DNA of 53,001 nt from the NCBI GenBank assembly GCA_039798445.1, contig JBDKFZ010000009.1:1-53001 (forward strand), read 5' to 3'. Below the pieces are notes generated by a model. That model saw nothing but the letters and a program-made list of their open reading frames with translations, ran no database searches and was not told the DNA's origin. Source of the DNA: Candidatus Parcubacteria bacterium (GTDB taxonomy: Bacteria; Patescibacteriota; Minisyncoccia; Phycocordibacterales; EsbW-18). The translations under genes were made by a program, and so were the position numbers. Below, in pieces: positions 27,483 to 36,151 of this stretch; the first letter of the stretch is position 1; each line of letters opens with the position of its first letter.

Positions 27483-28481
27483 TTATGGGGTGATGGTGGC
27501 ATGAACAAATGCATAACCCGGCTCCCCTGGTAGGAACTCCGTGTTCGATTTTACGAATGAAGCGCGGAGTTTTTCGAACAGGCCTGTCATGAGTGCCGAA
27601 TCTTTTTGGTATGCGTCGAGCGCCGCGATCGCCATAAGAGGATTGTCCCCCACTTTTGACAGGTCAACAAGGTCGGTACGCACAGCGATGAGTGCATTGG
27701 TGAGTGCAAGATGTGCATCTGCTCTGTCTGCAGAGACGCCCATACCTATGAAGTTATCGATAGTCACATCGTAGCGCTCAACCACAGCAGCCATGTCCTG
27801 CTGAAACTTTTCTGAGTCGGGCGCTTGGATGTAACTCAGCATGACGGAGAGCTCGCTTGGCGCTGGAGTACCACTTGTGTTCATGAGCGCTGTTCCGACG
27901 GCGTTCCCGTATGCTTTTGCTGACATTGTGCCCGCGATGATGGTGAGATCTGCCGTCGAGGCAATTGGATACGTGCGGTTCAGGTCTGTGGTCCCAAGCG
28001 CGATCTGTCCTGCAAGTGCAATTGAGTCCTCTTTCAAAGGTATGCCAGCTTCTTTTGCAGTAAGGAATTGAGAGATGAGTATTTTTCCTGCCAACTCTGT
28101 TGGTGTCGGAGGAGCTGCATCAAGGTCGATGGTGTTGAGAACGATTGCAGGAGCATCAGCAACGGTCTTTCTGCGGTTCTCGACTTCTTGATAATCTCCG
28201 GTTCCATCCCCATCACTATCGGGATTCACTGGGCTCAGCCCCCAGAGGTCTTCTTCCCAGTCTTTGAGTTTGTCTCCGTCACTGTCTTTCTCCTCGGTCT
28301 CTGTTCGGGGGGTGGTTGTATCAGAAAGAGAGACACGCATGGCGGACTCTTTGCCAAAAGAAGGTTCGCTGCGGAAGATCACTACCGCGACGACTATTGC
28401 CGCGACCACTATCAAAAGTGAAGCAACCCGCTTGCTCGGCGCGAATGCGCGCGCCTCGGAAACAAAACCCATATATGACAC
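27483..28481 (-). CDS. Hypothetical membrane-anchored protein with DxDxDG calcium-binding-like repeats
   Basis: TM LLIVVAAIVVAVVIF, then DSDGDKLKDWEED...NPDSDGDGTGDYQE (thrombospondin type 3-like). Confidence 0.5.
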   Translation of the reverse strand: MSYMGFVSEARAFAPSKRVASLLIVVAAIVVAVVIFRSEPSFGKESAMRVSLSDTTTPRTETEEKDSDGDKLKDWEEDLWGLSPVNPDSDGDGTGDYQEVENRRKTVADAPAIVLNTIDLDAAPPTPTELAGKILISQFLTAKEAGIPLKEDSIALAGQIALGTTDLNRTYPIASTADLTIIAGTMSAKAYGNAVGTALMNTSGTPAPSELSVMLSYIQAPDSEKFQQDMAAVVERYDVTIDNFIGMGVSADRADAHLALTNALIAVRTDLVDLSKVGDNPLMAIAALDAYQKDSALMTGLFEKLRASFVKSNTEFLPGEPGYAFVHATITP

Positions 28482-28558
28482 ATATGATAGTACATTCTAA
28501 TGAAGACTACTAAGGAATAAGTGAATATTTTTCCAAATCATGTACAGTTGAGGATGAA

Positions 28559-29293
28559 ATGAAATCACGAAGCATCAGCACTGCATTTTTCTTGTTCGCT
28601 TTCTTCACGATTGTTCCGTTTTCTGCGCATGGGTATACGTTTTCTCGCGACTTGAAGCTCGGCGATTCCGGAGAGGACGTCCGCGCCCTCCAAATGAGCC
28701 TCAATGCCAACACGCAGACGCGCGTCGCTGCCTCAGGTGTTGGATCTCCGGGTCAAGAAACAAATTTTTTTGGAGAAAAGACGCAATCGGCTGTGATTCG
28801 GTACCAAAATCTCCACGCCGACGATATATTGCGCCCGATTGGGCTTGCTGTGGGGACTGGATATGTCGGTGCAGCAACGCGAAATAGGCTTAGTGGAAAC
28901 ACTGGTGGCGGAACCACTACCAAAAAAAGCCTCAACGAGGCCATTGCTGCCTTTGATACGGCCCTTGGGGTCTCTCCTGGCGCTGAAACAAATCGTTCCC
29001 CTGTCGACGACCCACGCATTCCTAAGACAGAAGACGAGCTCATTGCGGCGGTCGATGATTTTGCGGGTTCAGACGTAAGTGATGCAGAGATCGTGGACTT
29101 TAGCAGACAAATGGTCATTGCGCGCTATGGGTATTCAACGGAGATTCAGGGTTCGTCGGGTGATGATGACGAAAGCGATACTGGTGATGGAGACGATGAT
29201 GGTGGGGGTGGCAGTTCGGGAGGCCAGGAATTTGACACGGGTGGTAGCGGTGCAGGCTGCATTGGGCTTCTCTTAAGCTTTCTCGGACTCTAA
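28559..29293 (+). CDS. Secreted protein with a peptidoglycan-binding (PG_binding_1-like) domain
   Basis: Signal peptide, then LKLGDSGEDVRALQMSLN...FFGEKTQSAVIRYQ. Acidic and G-rich tail. Confidence 0.6.
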   Translation: MKSRSISTAFFLFAFFTIVPFSAHGYTFSRDLKLGDSGEDVRALQMSLNANTQTRVAASGVGSPGQETNFFGEKTQSAVIRYQNLHADDILRPIGLAVGTGYVGAATRNRLSGNTGGGTTTKKSLNEAIAAFDTALGVSPGAETNRSPVDDPRIPKTEDELIAAVDDFAGSDVSDAEIVDFSRQMVIARYGYSTEIQGSSGDDDESDTGDGDDDGGGGSSGGQEFDTGGSGAGCIGLLLSFLGL

Positions 29294-29297
29294 AACT

Positions 29298-29762
29298 ATG
29301 ACACCACTTATTACAAAGGTATTTTCGGGGATTATCGTTTGTTCCGGCTTCCTACTTGCCCTTAATGTGTGGCTTTTTAACCCTGAACCAACGGTTGCTT
29401 TCGGACTCATCCCGTTTGAAGGGTACCCAGTATATATTGAGTACAACTGTCTTTGTTCAGGCTCTATTATGGTGACAGTTCAGCCTTCGGTGACTGCTAT
29501 TGGCCCACAACAAAATGTCGATCTTCTCTATGTGTGGGCGGCTGACCTACTTTCAAACTTTATAGATCTTGGTCCGTTTTCCGGCCTTGTTCCTCATGCA
29601 TACCTCTGGTGCGGGGTGGCTTGGGAAGGAGAACACACACTCCTTGGCAACTATGTTCCTGGAGCCTTCCCGTGCTACCAATTTGTCGGGCCTCCTGACT
29701 GGTGCCGGTTCAGGAGCAACGCCAAGGGCGCGATTCTCAACGTTGGTTCGTCGCTCTTCTAG
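29298..29762 (+). CDS. Hypothetical membrane-anchored Cys-containing protein (154 aa)
   Basis: N-terminal TM. The 3' end overlaps the rsmA 3' end by 4 nt (convergent). Confidence 0.45.
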   Translation: MTPLITKVFSGIIVCSGFLLALNVWLFNPEPTVAFGLIPFEGYPVYIEYNCLCSGSIMVTVQPSVTAIGPQQNVDLLYVWAADLLSNFIDLGPFSGLVPHAYLWCGVAWEGEHTLLGNYVPGAFPCYQFVGPPDWCRFRSNAKGAILNVGSSLF

Positions 29763-30535
29763 GCGATAAGTTTCATCCAATTGTCGAACGAAAGCTCCTC
29801 GGGCCGCGCGGTCACGGGGAGTTTTTGTTGTGTGAGGAATTCGACGAGCGTTTCTTTTGGTATGAGCGGAGGGATTGTGCCCGCGAGCTGTTTTCGTTTT
29901 TGTGAGAACGCTTGTTTGATAATCGTGAAGAATTGTTCTTCTTCGTCTGATGAAAGACGGTCGTGTGATATATCGGTGATAGAAAGAATCGCAGAATCGA
30001 CTTTTGGTGCAGGAGAAAAATCGCGTACAGGTACGGTCATAACAAGCTTCGGCGTTCCGTACGCTTTTACCGAAAGCGAGAGAATACTTTCTTTTGCATC
30101 TCGTGCAGTGATGCGCGTCGCGACTTCTTTTTGTACGAGCAATACCATGCGCTCGGGCTGTGCAACTTCGGACAAGAATCTGCGGATGATTTCGCCGGTG
30201 ATGTAGTACGGGATGTTTGCAATGAGCTTGTATCTCCCCTGCTGCAACCCATGTGTAGTTGGATCGAACATCAAAACATCATCGTGTATCAAAAAGAGAC
30301 GACCCGATTCGATCTCGCTCGCGAACATCTGTTCCAACACCTCAATCATGTCGTTGTCTTTTTCGATTGCGATCACTCGTGCACCACTTTCAAGAAGCGC
30401 TTTGGTGAGTGCGCCTTTCCCTGGTCCAATCTCGAGCACGACATCATCAGTGGTGAGTTGTGCCGCACTGATAATCTTCGCAATGGCGCGTTTTGATTTG
30501 AGAAAATGTTGTCCAAGGGACTTCTTTGCTTTCAT
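29759..30535 (-). CDS. rsmA: 16S rRNA (adenine1518/1519-N6)-dimethyltransferase
   Basis: SLGQHFL and EIGPGKGALT, with KsgA collinearity. Confidence 0.93.
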   Translation of the reverse strand: MKAKKSLGQHFLKSKRAIAKIISAAQLTTDDVVLEIGPGKGALTKALLESGARVIAIEKDNDMIEVLEQMFASEIESGRLFLIHDDVLMFDPTTHGLQQGRYKLIANIPYYITGEIIRRFLSEVAQPERMVLLVQKEVATRITARDAKESILSLSVKAYGTPKLVMTVPVRDFSPAPKVDSAILSITDISHDRLSSDEEEQFFTIIKQAFSQKRKQLAGTIPPLIPKETLVEFLTQQKLPVTARPEELSFDNWMKLIA

Positions 30536-30550
30536 ATATATAGAATGCGC

Positions 30551-31093
30551 CTAGAGATCGTCCCAGTCGATAGTGAGTAAGTCTTTCTTACGAGGAGGGA
30601 TTGGGATGCCAGAACTATCGACTGCAGTCACCAACGCCTCATCGATATCAGTGAGAAATCGTGACGGGATGTTCACATTGGTCGAACCAAAGACTGTGCG
30701 CACTGATGCATACGAGAGATGTGCCTGTTCTTTTGCGCGGGTGATTGCAACGTAGAAAAGACGACGTTCTTCCTCGCGCTCTTCGGGCGTCGCGCGCATC
30801 TCACTACGCTCGCTCGGAAAGAGTCCTTCTTCGAGGCCGGCGATGAAAACATGTTTGAATTCAAGACCTTTTGCGGCATGTACGGTCATGAGCTTCACCG
30901 ACGCTTCGGCTTTTGACATTGCATCCTGATCGCTCGCGAGCGCCACTGCATCCATGAATGCGTGGAGTGATTCACCTTGTGGCAACACGTCGTAGCGCAT
31001 CGCGAGCGAAGCGAGTTCTTTGAGGTTCAGGAGTCGCTCGTTCCCTTCATCACCATCAGCGATGAGCTCTGTCTCAATGCCACTCTCTTTCAT
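30551..31093 (-). CDS. uvrD: UvrD/PcrA helicase, C-terminal fragment (domain 2A end)
   Basis: TVHAAKGLEFKHVFIAGLEEGLFP, EEERRLFYVAITRAK. In frame with the upstream fragment, 6 codons after its TAA. Confidence 0.8.
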   Translation of the reverse strand: MKESGIETELIADGDEGNERLLNLKELASLAMRYDVLPQGESLHAFMDAVALASDQDAMSKAEASVKLMTVHAAKGLEFKHVFIAGLEEGLFPSERSEMRATPEEREEERRLFYVAITRAKEQAHLSYASVRTVFGSTNVNIPSRFLTDIDEALVTAVDSSGIPIPPRKKDLLTIDWDDL

Positions 31094-31111
31094 GATGTAT
31101 TCGATGAGCTT

Positions 31112-32509
31112 TTATGGTGAGAGAGTCTCTGATACTTCGCGGATGCGCACCAAGAGCGCGCGGACATTCGCTATCTTTGCTGCGTGCGATGCGGAGAGCT
31201 CGTGTTCGAGTCCCGACGTGATGCGCAAGATGGTGGTTTTGCCGATGCCGCGCGCCGGCACGTTCACGATGCGCGCAAAGTTGGTCATACTCTCGGGATT
31301 GAGTGCGGCATTCAAGTACGACATCACATCCTTCACCTCTTTGCGTTCAAAGAATCGTGTGCCGAGCATTTGATATGGAATGCGTTCAGAGAGAAAGGCT
31401 TCTTCGAGTGCACGTGATTGAAAATGTGCGCGGAATAAAACCGCGATGTCTGCTGCGGAGATACCGCTTGCAATCAATTCTTTTGCGCGCTTTGCGACCC
31501 ACTGTGCTTCGTGCGTTTCGTTGAATGCGGTAAAGATTTCGATTGGCGCGCCGTCGGTGTTGTTGGTGAAGAGTGTCTTATCTTTGCGCATCGCATTTTG
31601 TTTGATCGCATCGTTTGCCGCGGTGAGAATCGTTTTTGTCGAACGATAGTTTTCTTCGAGCATGATGACGCGCGTTCCTTTGAACTCTTCTTCAAAACGC
31701 GCCAAGTTGCGCAAGTCGGCCGAGCGCCACGTGTAAATGCATTGATCGTGATCACCAACGACGCAGATGTTGTTTGCAGGATTTGCCAAGAGCTTTGCGA
31801 GCTCGTACTGCACGATGTTGGTGTCTTGGTACTCATCCACCATGATGTGCGAGAAACGACGACGATAGCGTTCGAGAATGTCGGGGTGTGACTTGAGCAT
31901 CTCGTATGTCGCCAAGAGGAGATCGTCGAAGTCGAACGCCTTCTCTTTGGCGAGCTCTTCGGCATAGCGCTCCCATACTGCCGTGACGGTCCGGCCGACA
32001 CGCTCATTGCTTCGTTCTTCTCGATACCGTGCGAGCGTCATTGCCTCCCCCTTGCTTCGCGACATAGTAGAGAGAATCGAGCTGGCCGACATTGTCTTTG
32101 GGTCCATGCCGAGATCTTTCTGGATCCTCTTAATGAGCGAGATCGAGTCGTCCCGGTCGAAGATACTGAATCGAGCCGGCAAACCAAGCGCCACGGCATT
32201 GTCTCGAAGTACCGAGACGCCGAAGCTGTGGAAGGTACCGACGAAGGGCGTTCTATATATAGGCTTGTCGGTCCCCGCATGCTCCGAGAGCAGATGTCCC
32301 ACTCGCTCGCGCATCTCCCCCGCCGCTTTGTTGGTGAATGTGATAGCCAAAATAGACTCTGGGGCGATACCTTGGGTGATGAGATGAAGCATTCGGCGGG
32401 TAAGGACACGGGTTTTTCCTGTCCCTGCTCCTGCCACAATGATTAATGGACCGGTCGTGTGGAGCACGGCCTCTTTTTGGGCAGGGTTGAGGTCGTCGAG
32501 GTGTTTCAT
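31112..32509 (-). CDS. uvrD: UvrD/PcrA helicase, N-terminal fragment ending at an in-frame TAA
   Basis: AGAGTGKT, DEYQDTN. Start trimmed to MKHLDDLNPAQKEAV. The stop TAA is at 31112-31114. Confidence 0.85.
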   Translation of the reverse strand: MKHLDDLNPAQKEAVLHTTGPLIIVAGAGTGKTRVLTRRMLHLITQGIAPESILAITFTNKAAGEMRERVGHLLSEHAGTDKPIYRTPFVGTFHSFGVSVLRDNAVALGLPARFSIFDRDDSISLIKRIQKDLGMDPKTMSASSILSTMSRSKGEAMTLARYREERSNERVGRTVTAVWERYAEELAKEKAFDFDDLLLATYEMLKSHPDILERYRRRFSHIMVDEYQDTNIVQYELAKLLANPANNICVVGDHDQCIYTWRSADLRNLARFEEEFKGTRVIMLEENYRSTKTILTAANDAIKQNAMRKDKTLFTNNTDGAPIEIFTAFNETHEAQWVAKRAKELIASGISAADIAVLFRAHFQSRALEEAFLSERIPYQMLGTRFFERKEVKDVMSYLNAALNPESMTNFARIVNVPARGIGKTTILRITSGLEHELSASHAAKIANVRALLVRIREVSETLSP

Positions 32510-32915
32510 GTTTTCGCATGATAGCATGCCCTCTAAAACCATTTACATAAAATTTAGTTCGTGGTCTAATCAAGCAAACCTGTCCTCCAAACCCCTTTTG
32601 GACGTCTTGGGGTAACCTTTTCACGGGCGGTGGAAAAATCCGTGATAATACGGTGTTTAAAAAATCTGTCAATACTCGACGCTCTCTTTGAGAGGACTAA
32701 AATGGTCTTTGTTAGCTCCCGAAACGATCCGACCTCAGACCCGCCTTAGATAGGCGGGCGTCGCACGAAAGAAAGCAGAATTAGTATCTAACCCCAATTG
32801 TATTACTAGTTTTTCTGGCGACTCTGACCCTTCCAAACGTAGCGCCGGGCTTCGTTGGCAGGTCACCAATAGGTTTTACGCTTCTCTCCAGACGGGCTTT
32901 TTTGTAGTCCTTCTT

Positions 32916-33869
32916 GTGGTCCCGTCGGCAGCCGCCTACGCGGGCCTTTTAGATTGGATTAGCTGCAAGGCATCAGCCGGAGAGCTCCAGGGCCAGACCG
33001 ACACCCGCACCATGCCTCTTCTCGAAGGTGGCCACAGTTTTAATACACAAGCAGCTTTTGGTGGCGGTGATATTACCATTGTCGACGGCAGTGCCTTGGC
33101 ATCCGAGACCAGCCCTCTCGCCGGCACCGCGGTTGCCCTTGGTTCTTCAGACCAGATTAGCGTCTATGTGGTTCGCGAAGGCGACACCCTTTCTCAGATT
33201 GCCGACATGTTTGGTGTGACGATGAACACCATCCGTTGGGCTAACGACATCCCAGCCAAGGGTTCAATCCAGCCTGATCAGACCCTCGTTATCCTTCCAA
33301 TCACTGGTGTAAAGCATGTCGTCAAAAAGGGCGACACACTGGCTTCCATCATCAAAAAATACAAGGCTGACAAGGACGAGGTCCTTCAGTTTAACGGTCT
33401 TGAGAACGGCGTCGTTCTTGCGGTCGGTGATGAGCTCATTATCCCCCATGGAGAGGTTGTTGCAGCTCCTGCAGCAGCTTCATCAGGTGGCGCCAAGACA
33501 TACGGCAGCGGTCCTTCGTATGACGGTTACTTTATGCGTCCAGTCAAAGGTGGCACGCGCACACAGGGTATCCACGGGTACAACGGCATCGACATTGGTG
33601 CAGCACACGGCACAGCAATTTATGCCGCAGCCGGCGGAGAGGTCATCATTAGCAAGTCAGGTGGTGGCTGGAACGGTGGTTACGGAAACTACATCGTCAT
33701 CAAGCATGATAACGGCACTCAGACGCTTTACGCTCACTTGAGCGCCAACAGTGTAGTGGCCGGTGCCACAGTTGCACAGGGCGATATGATCGGTGCGATG
33801 GGTTCAACCGGTAAATCAACCGGCACGCACCTTCACTTCGAGGTGCGTGGGGCGAAGAATCCGTTCTAG
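32916..33869 (+). CDS. LysM-LysM-M23 peptidoglycan endopeptidase (5' end uncertain)
   Basis: Two LysM repeats (YVVREGDTLSQIA, HVVKKGDTLASII) and M23 motifs HGYNGIDI and HLHFEV. The signal-peptide-like sequence lies upstream of the first canonical start. Confidence 0.85.
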   Translation: MVPSAAAYAGLLDWISCKASAGELQGQTDTRTMPLLEGGHSFNTQAAFGGGDITIVDGSALASETSPLAGTAVALGSSDQISVYVVREGDTLSQIADMFGVTMNTIRWANDIPAKGSIQPDQTLVILPITGVKHVVKKGDTLASIIKKYKADKDEVLQFNGLENGVVLAVGDELIIPHGEVVAAPAAASSGGAKTYGSGPSYDGYFMRPVKGGTRTQGIHGYNGIDIGAAHGTAIYAAAGGEVIISKSGGGWNGGYGNYIVIKHDNGTQTLYAHLSANSVVAGATVAQGDMIGAMGSTGKSTGTHLHFEVRGAKNPF

Positions 33870-33937
33870 GTCAATATGCGCGGTGGGTGAGCAACCACCT
33901 TCCGCGCTTTTGATCTAGATATCGTCCGAGATACAAA

Positions 33938-33969
33938 AGAAAACACCCCGAGGAGAATCGGGGTGTTTT
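33938..33969. terminator. Bidirectional terminator
   Basis: gaaaacaccccg...cggggtgttttc. Confidence 0.75.
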
Positions 33970-33972
33970 CTT

Positions 33973-34500
33973 TTACTTTTTATTCACACTAAATCCGATT
34001 GGGCGACTTTTGACCAACGGAGGTTCTATGAGTTTGTTGAGTACCTCAAAGACAATCTTGAAATTTTTGTTGTACTTCTTCTCGAGTTCTTTAAGTTTTT
34101 CCGCGAGTTCGCGATGTGTTGCGAGTATCTGACGAAGTTGGACGAACGCGCGCATGATGGCGATATTCACCTTAATGGCGCGGTCGCTATTGAGAACACT
34201 TGAGAGCATCGCAACGCCTTGTTCAGTAAAGGCGTGGGGCATATTTCGTCGGCCACCTCTCCCTATCTTTGATATCGCAATTTGCGATATCAAAGCGGAG
34301 TGTTCTTTGGTATTAAGCCTGAACATAAAGTCGTTAGGAAAACGACTTTTATTTCTTCGGACTTGTTCATTGAGACGATGTGTCGGTACGTGATAGAGCA
34401 ATGCAAGATCACTGTCGAGGAGTACCTTGTTTCCGCGAATGAGATGTATTTTTCTGGAGATTACCTCAAGTACTACGACCGATGTTTTTGATGGTGTCAT
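33973..34500 (-). CDS. ORF6N (KilA-N-like) DNA-binding domain protein
   Basis: IHLIRGNKVLLDSDLALLYHVPTHRLNEQVRRNKSRFPNDFMFRL is the typical ORF6N signature. Confidence 0.8.
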   Translation of the reverse strand: MTPSKTSVVVLEVISRKIHLIRGNKVLLDSDLALLYHVPTHRLNEQVRRNKSRFPNDFMFRLNTKEHSALISQIAISKIGRGGRRNMPHAFTEQGVAMLSSVLNSDRAIKVNIAIMRAFVQLRQILATHRELAEKLKELEKKYNKNFKIVFEVLNKLIEPPLVKSRPIGFSVNKK

Positions 34501-34513
34501 ACAATAAGATGGC

Positions 34514-36055
34514 TCATTGCGGACTGAGTCCTTTCGACCGGTACTGCACCGCTTCGAGTATGTGTGCGGGCTCGATTGTCACAGCGCGTTCGAGGTCTGC
34601 GATTGTGCGCGCGAGTTTGATGACACGATGGTAACCGCGCCCCGACAAATCAAGTTTGGCTGCGGCTGTGTTGAGCGTGTCTGTTGCCTCTGGCGACATG
34701 TTGGCAAACTTTCCTATATCTTTTGGACCTAAGTCGCTGTTTTTCTTGATTGCTGTATCTGCATACCGATTAAGTTGTACGTTTCGCGTTTGTGCAACGC
34801 GTTCTGCAACCACTGCGCTCGGCTCGCCGTCGTCCATCGATGAAAGCTTTGCATGTTCGACCGGTGGTACTTCGATCCACATATCGATACGGTCGATAAT
34901 GGGACCAGATACTTTGCGCTGATAGCGCATGAGCGTATGTGCGCTGCACGTGCAGGTTTTCTTTGAACCCCAATTGCCGCATGGACAGGGGTTGAGTGCG
35001 GCGATGAGAATGACATCTGCGGGAAACTTTGCGGAGCCACGCACACGCGAAACGGATACGGAGCGTTCTTCGAGTGGCTGACGGAGTGCTTCAATCACAC
35101 GCCGTTCGAATTCGGGAAGTTCGTCGAGAAACAATACACCACGATGTGCGAGTGATAATTCGCCAGGGCGCGGTATCGACCCTCCCCCAATGAGCGCAAC
35201 ATACGAGCTCGTATGGTGTGGCGCGCGGAACGGCGGATGTGTAATCAAGTCGCCATTGAGTGTTCCTGCAATCGAATGGATGCCAGTCACTTCGAGTGCG
35301 GTCTCAAATGCTAAGGGTGGCATGATGCTCGCGCAGGCTTTTGCAAGGAGTGTCTTCCCTGTCCCTGGCGGTCCCCACAATCCAACATTGTGACCACCTG
35401 ACGCAGCGATTTCGAGCGCGCGCTTGGCGTGTTCCTGCCCCTTAATATCTTTAAGGTCGACTGCATACGAGGGAGGAATGTGAACGAAAGGCGTTTCTTC
35501 TTGTTGCCCTATCCGCTCGCGCTTCTTTCTTTTGGTATCGGGAGAGAGATGTTCGACGAGTTGAGCAAGCGTGTGTACGGGGAATATCTTTATATCTCTC
35601 ACGAGTGCAGCTTCGCGCGCATTGTCTGTGGGGACGTACACTTCGGTGAATCCAGATTCTTGTGCATGAATGACGAGCGGAAGCACGCCGGGTATCGGGC
35701 GCACATCACCATCGAGTGAGAGTTCTCCTAGAAAAAGTTTTTTGTCGGGATCGAATGAAACATCCTCTGTTGCAAGAAGATATGCGAGTGCGATGGGTAC
35801 ATCGAACATTGGACCTTCTTTTCGTACATCAGCGGGAGCAAGCGAGATGACAATCTTTTCGTTCTTGCTCTTAGGCGATTCGAATCCGGAATTTTTGATG
35901 GCCGCACACACACGATCGCGCGATTCCTCGACTGCTTTGTCGGGAAGTCCGACGAGCGTGAATGAATTCAATCCACGCGAGATATCGACCTCGACCGTTA
36001 CCGTGTGCGCCCTGAGCATCGATGTCTGTGCGCTGTATGTTTTGGCGAATGACAC
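34514..36055 (-). CDS. comM: YifB/ComM family Mg-chelatase-like AAA+ protein
   Basis: GTG start. Lon-like N-domain, GPPGTGKT, and a C-terminal Mg_chelatase_C-like segment. Confidence 0.9.
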   Translation of the reverse strand: MSFAKTYSAQTSMLRAHTVTVEVDISRGLNSFTLVGLPDKAVEESRDRVCAAIKNSGFESPKSKNEKIVISLAPADVRKEGPMFDVPIALAYLLATEDVSFDPDKKLFLGELSLDGDVRPIPGVLPLVIHAQESGFTEVYVPTDNAREAALVRDIKIFPVHTLAQLVEHLSPDTKRKKRERIGQQEETPFVHIPPSYAVDLKDIKGQEHAKRALEIAASGGHNVGLWGPPGTGKTLLAKACASIMPPLAFETALEVTGIHSIAGTLNGDLITHPPFRAPHHTSSYVALIGGGSIPRPGELSLAHRGVLFLDELPEFERRVIEALRQPLEERSVSVSRVRGSAKFPADVILIAALNPCPCGNWGSKKTCTCSAHTLMRYQRKVSGPIIDRIDMWIEVPPVEHAKLSSMDDGEPSAVVAERVAQTRNVQLNRYADTAIKKNSDLGPKDIGKFANMSPEATDTLNTAAAKLDLSGRGYHRVIKLARTIADLERAVTIEPAHILEAVQYRSKGLSPQ

Positions 36056-36151
36056 GAAGTCAGTGTATTCATGGAAGATAAAGAGAGCCTAAAGAACGTT
36101 CCGGTGCGCATTAATTAGAGTGATATACTGAGTGGTCTAAAGAATTAAGCT

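Noticed and set aside
32543-32915. c-di-AMP (ydaO-type) riboswitch upstream of the M23 hydrolase.
   Set aside because: Only fragmentary resemblance is present (ggtctaatc, ggggtaacc, cccgaaacgatccgacc). The GGGGACCC and ACGGGGUGAAUCC-type cores were not found. This needs Infernal to settle.
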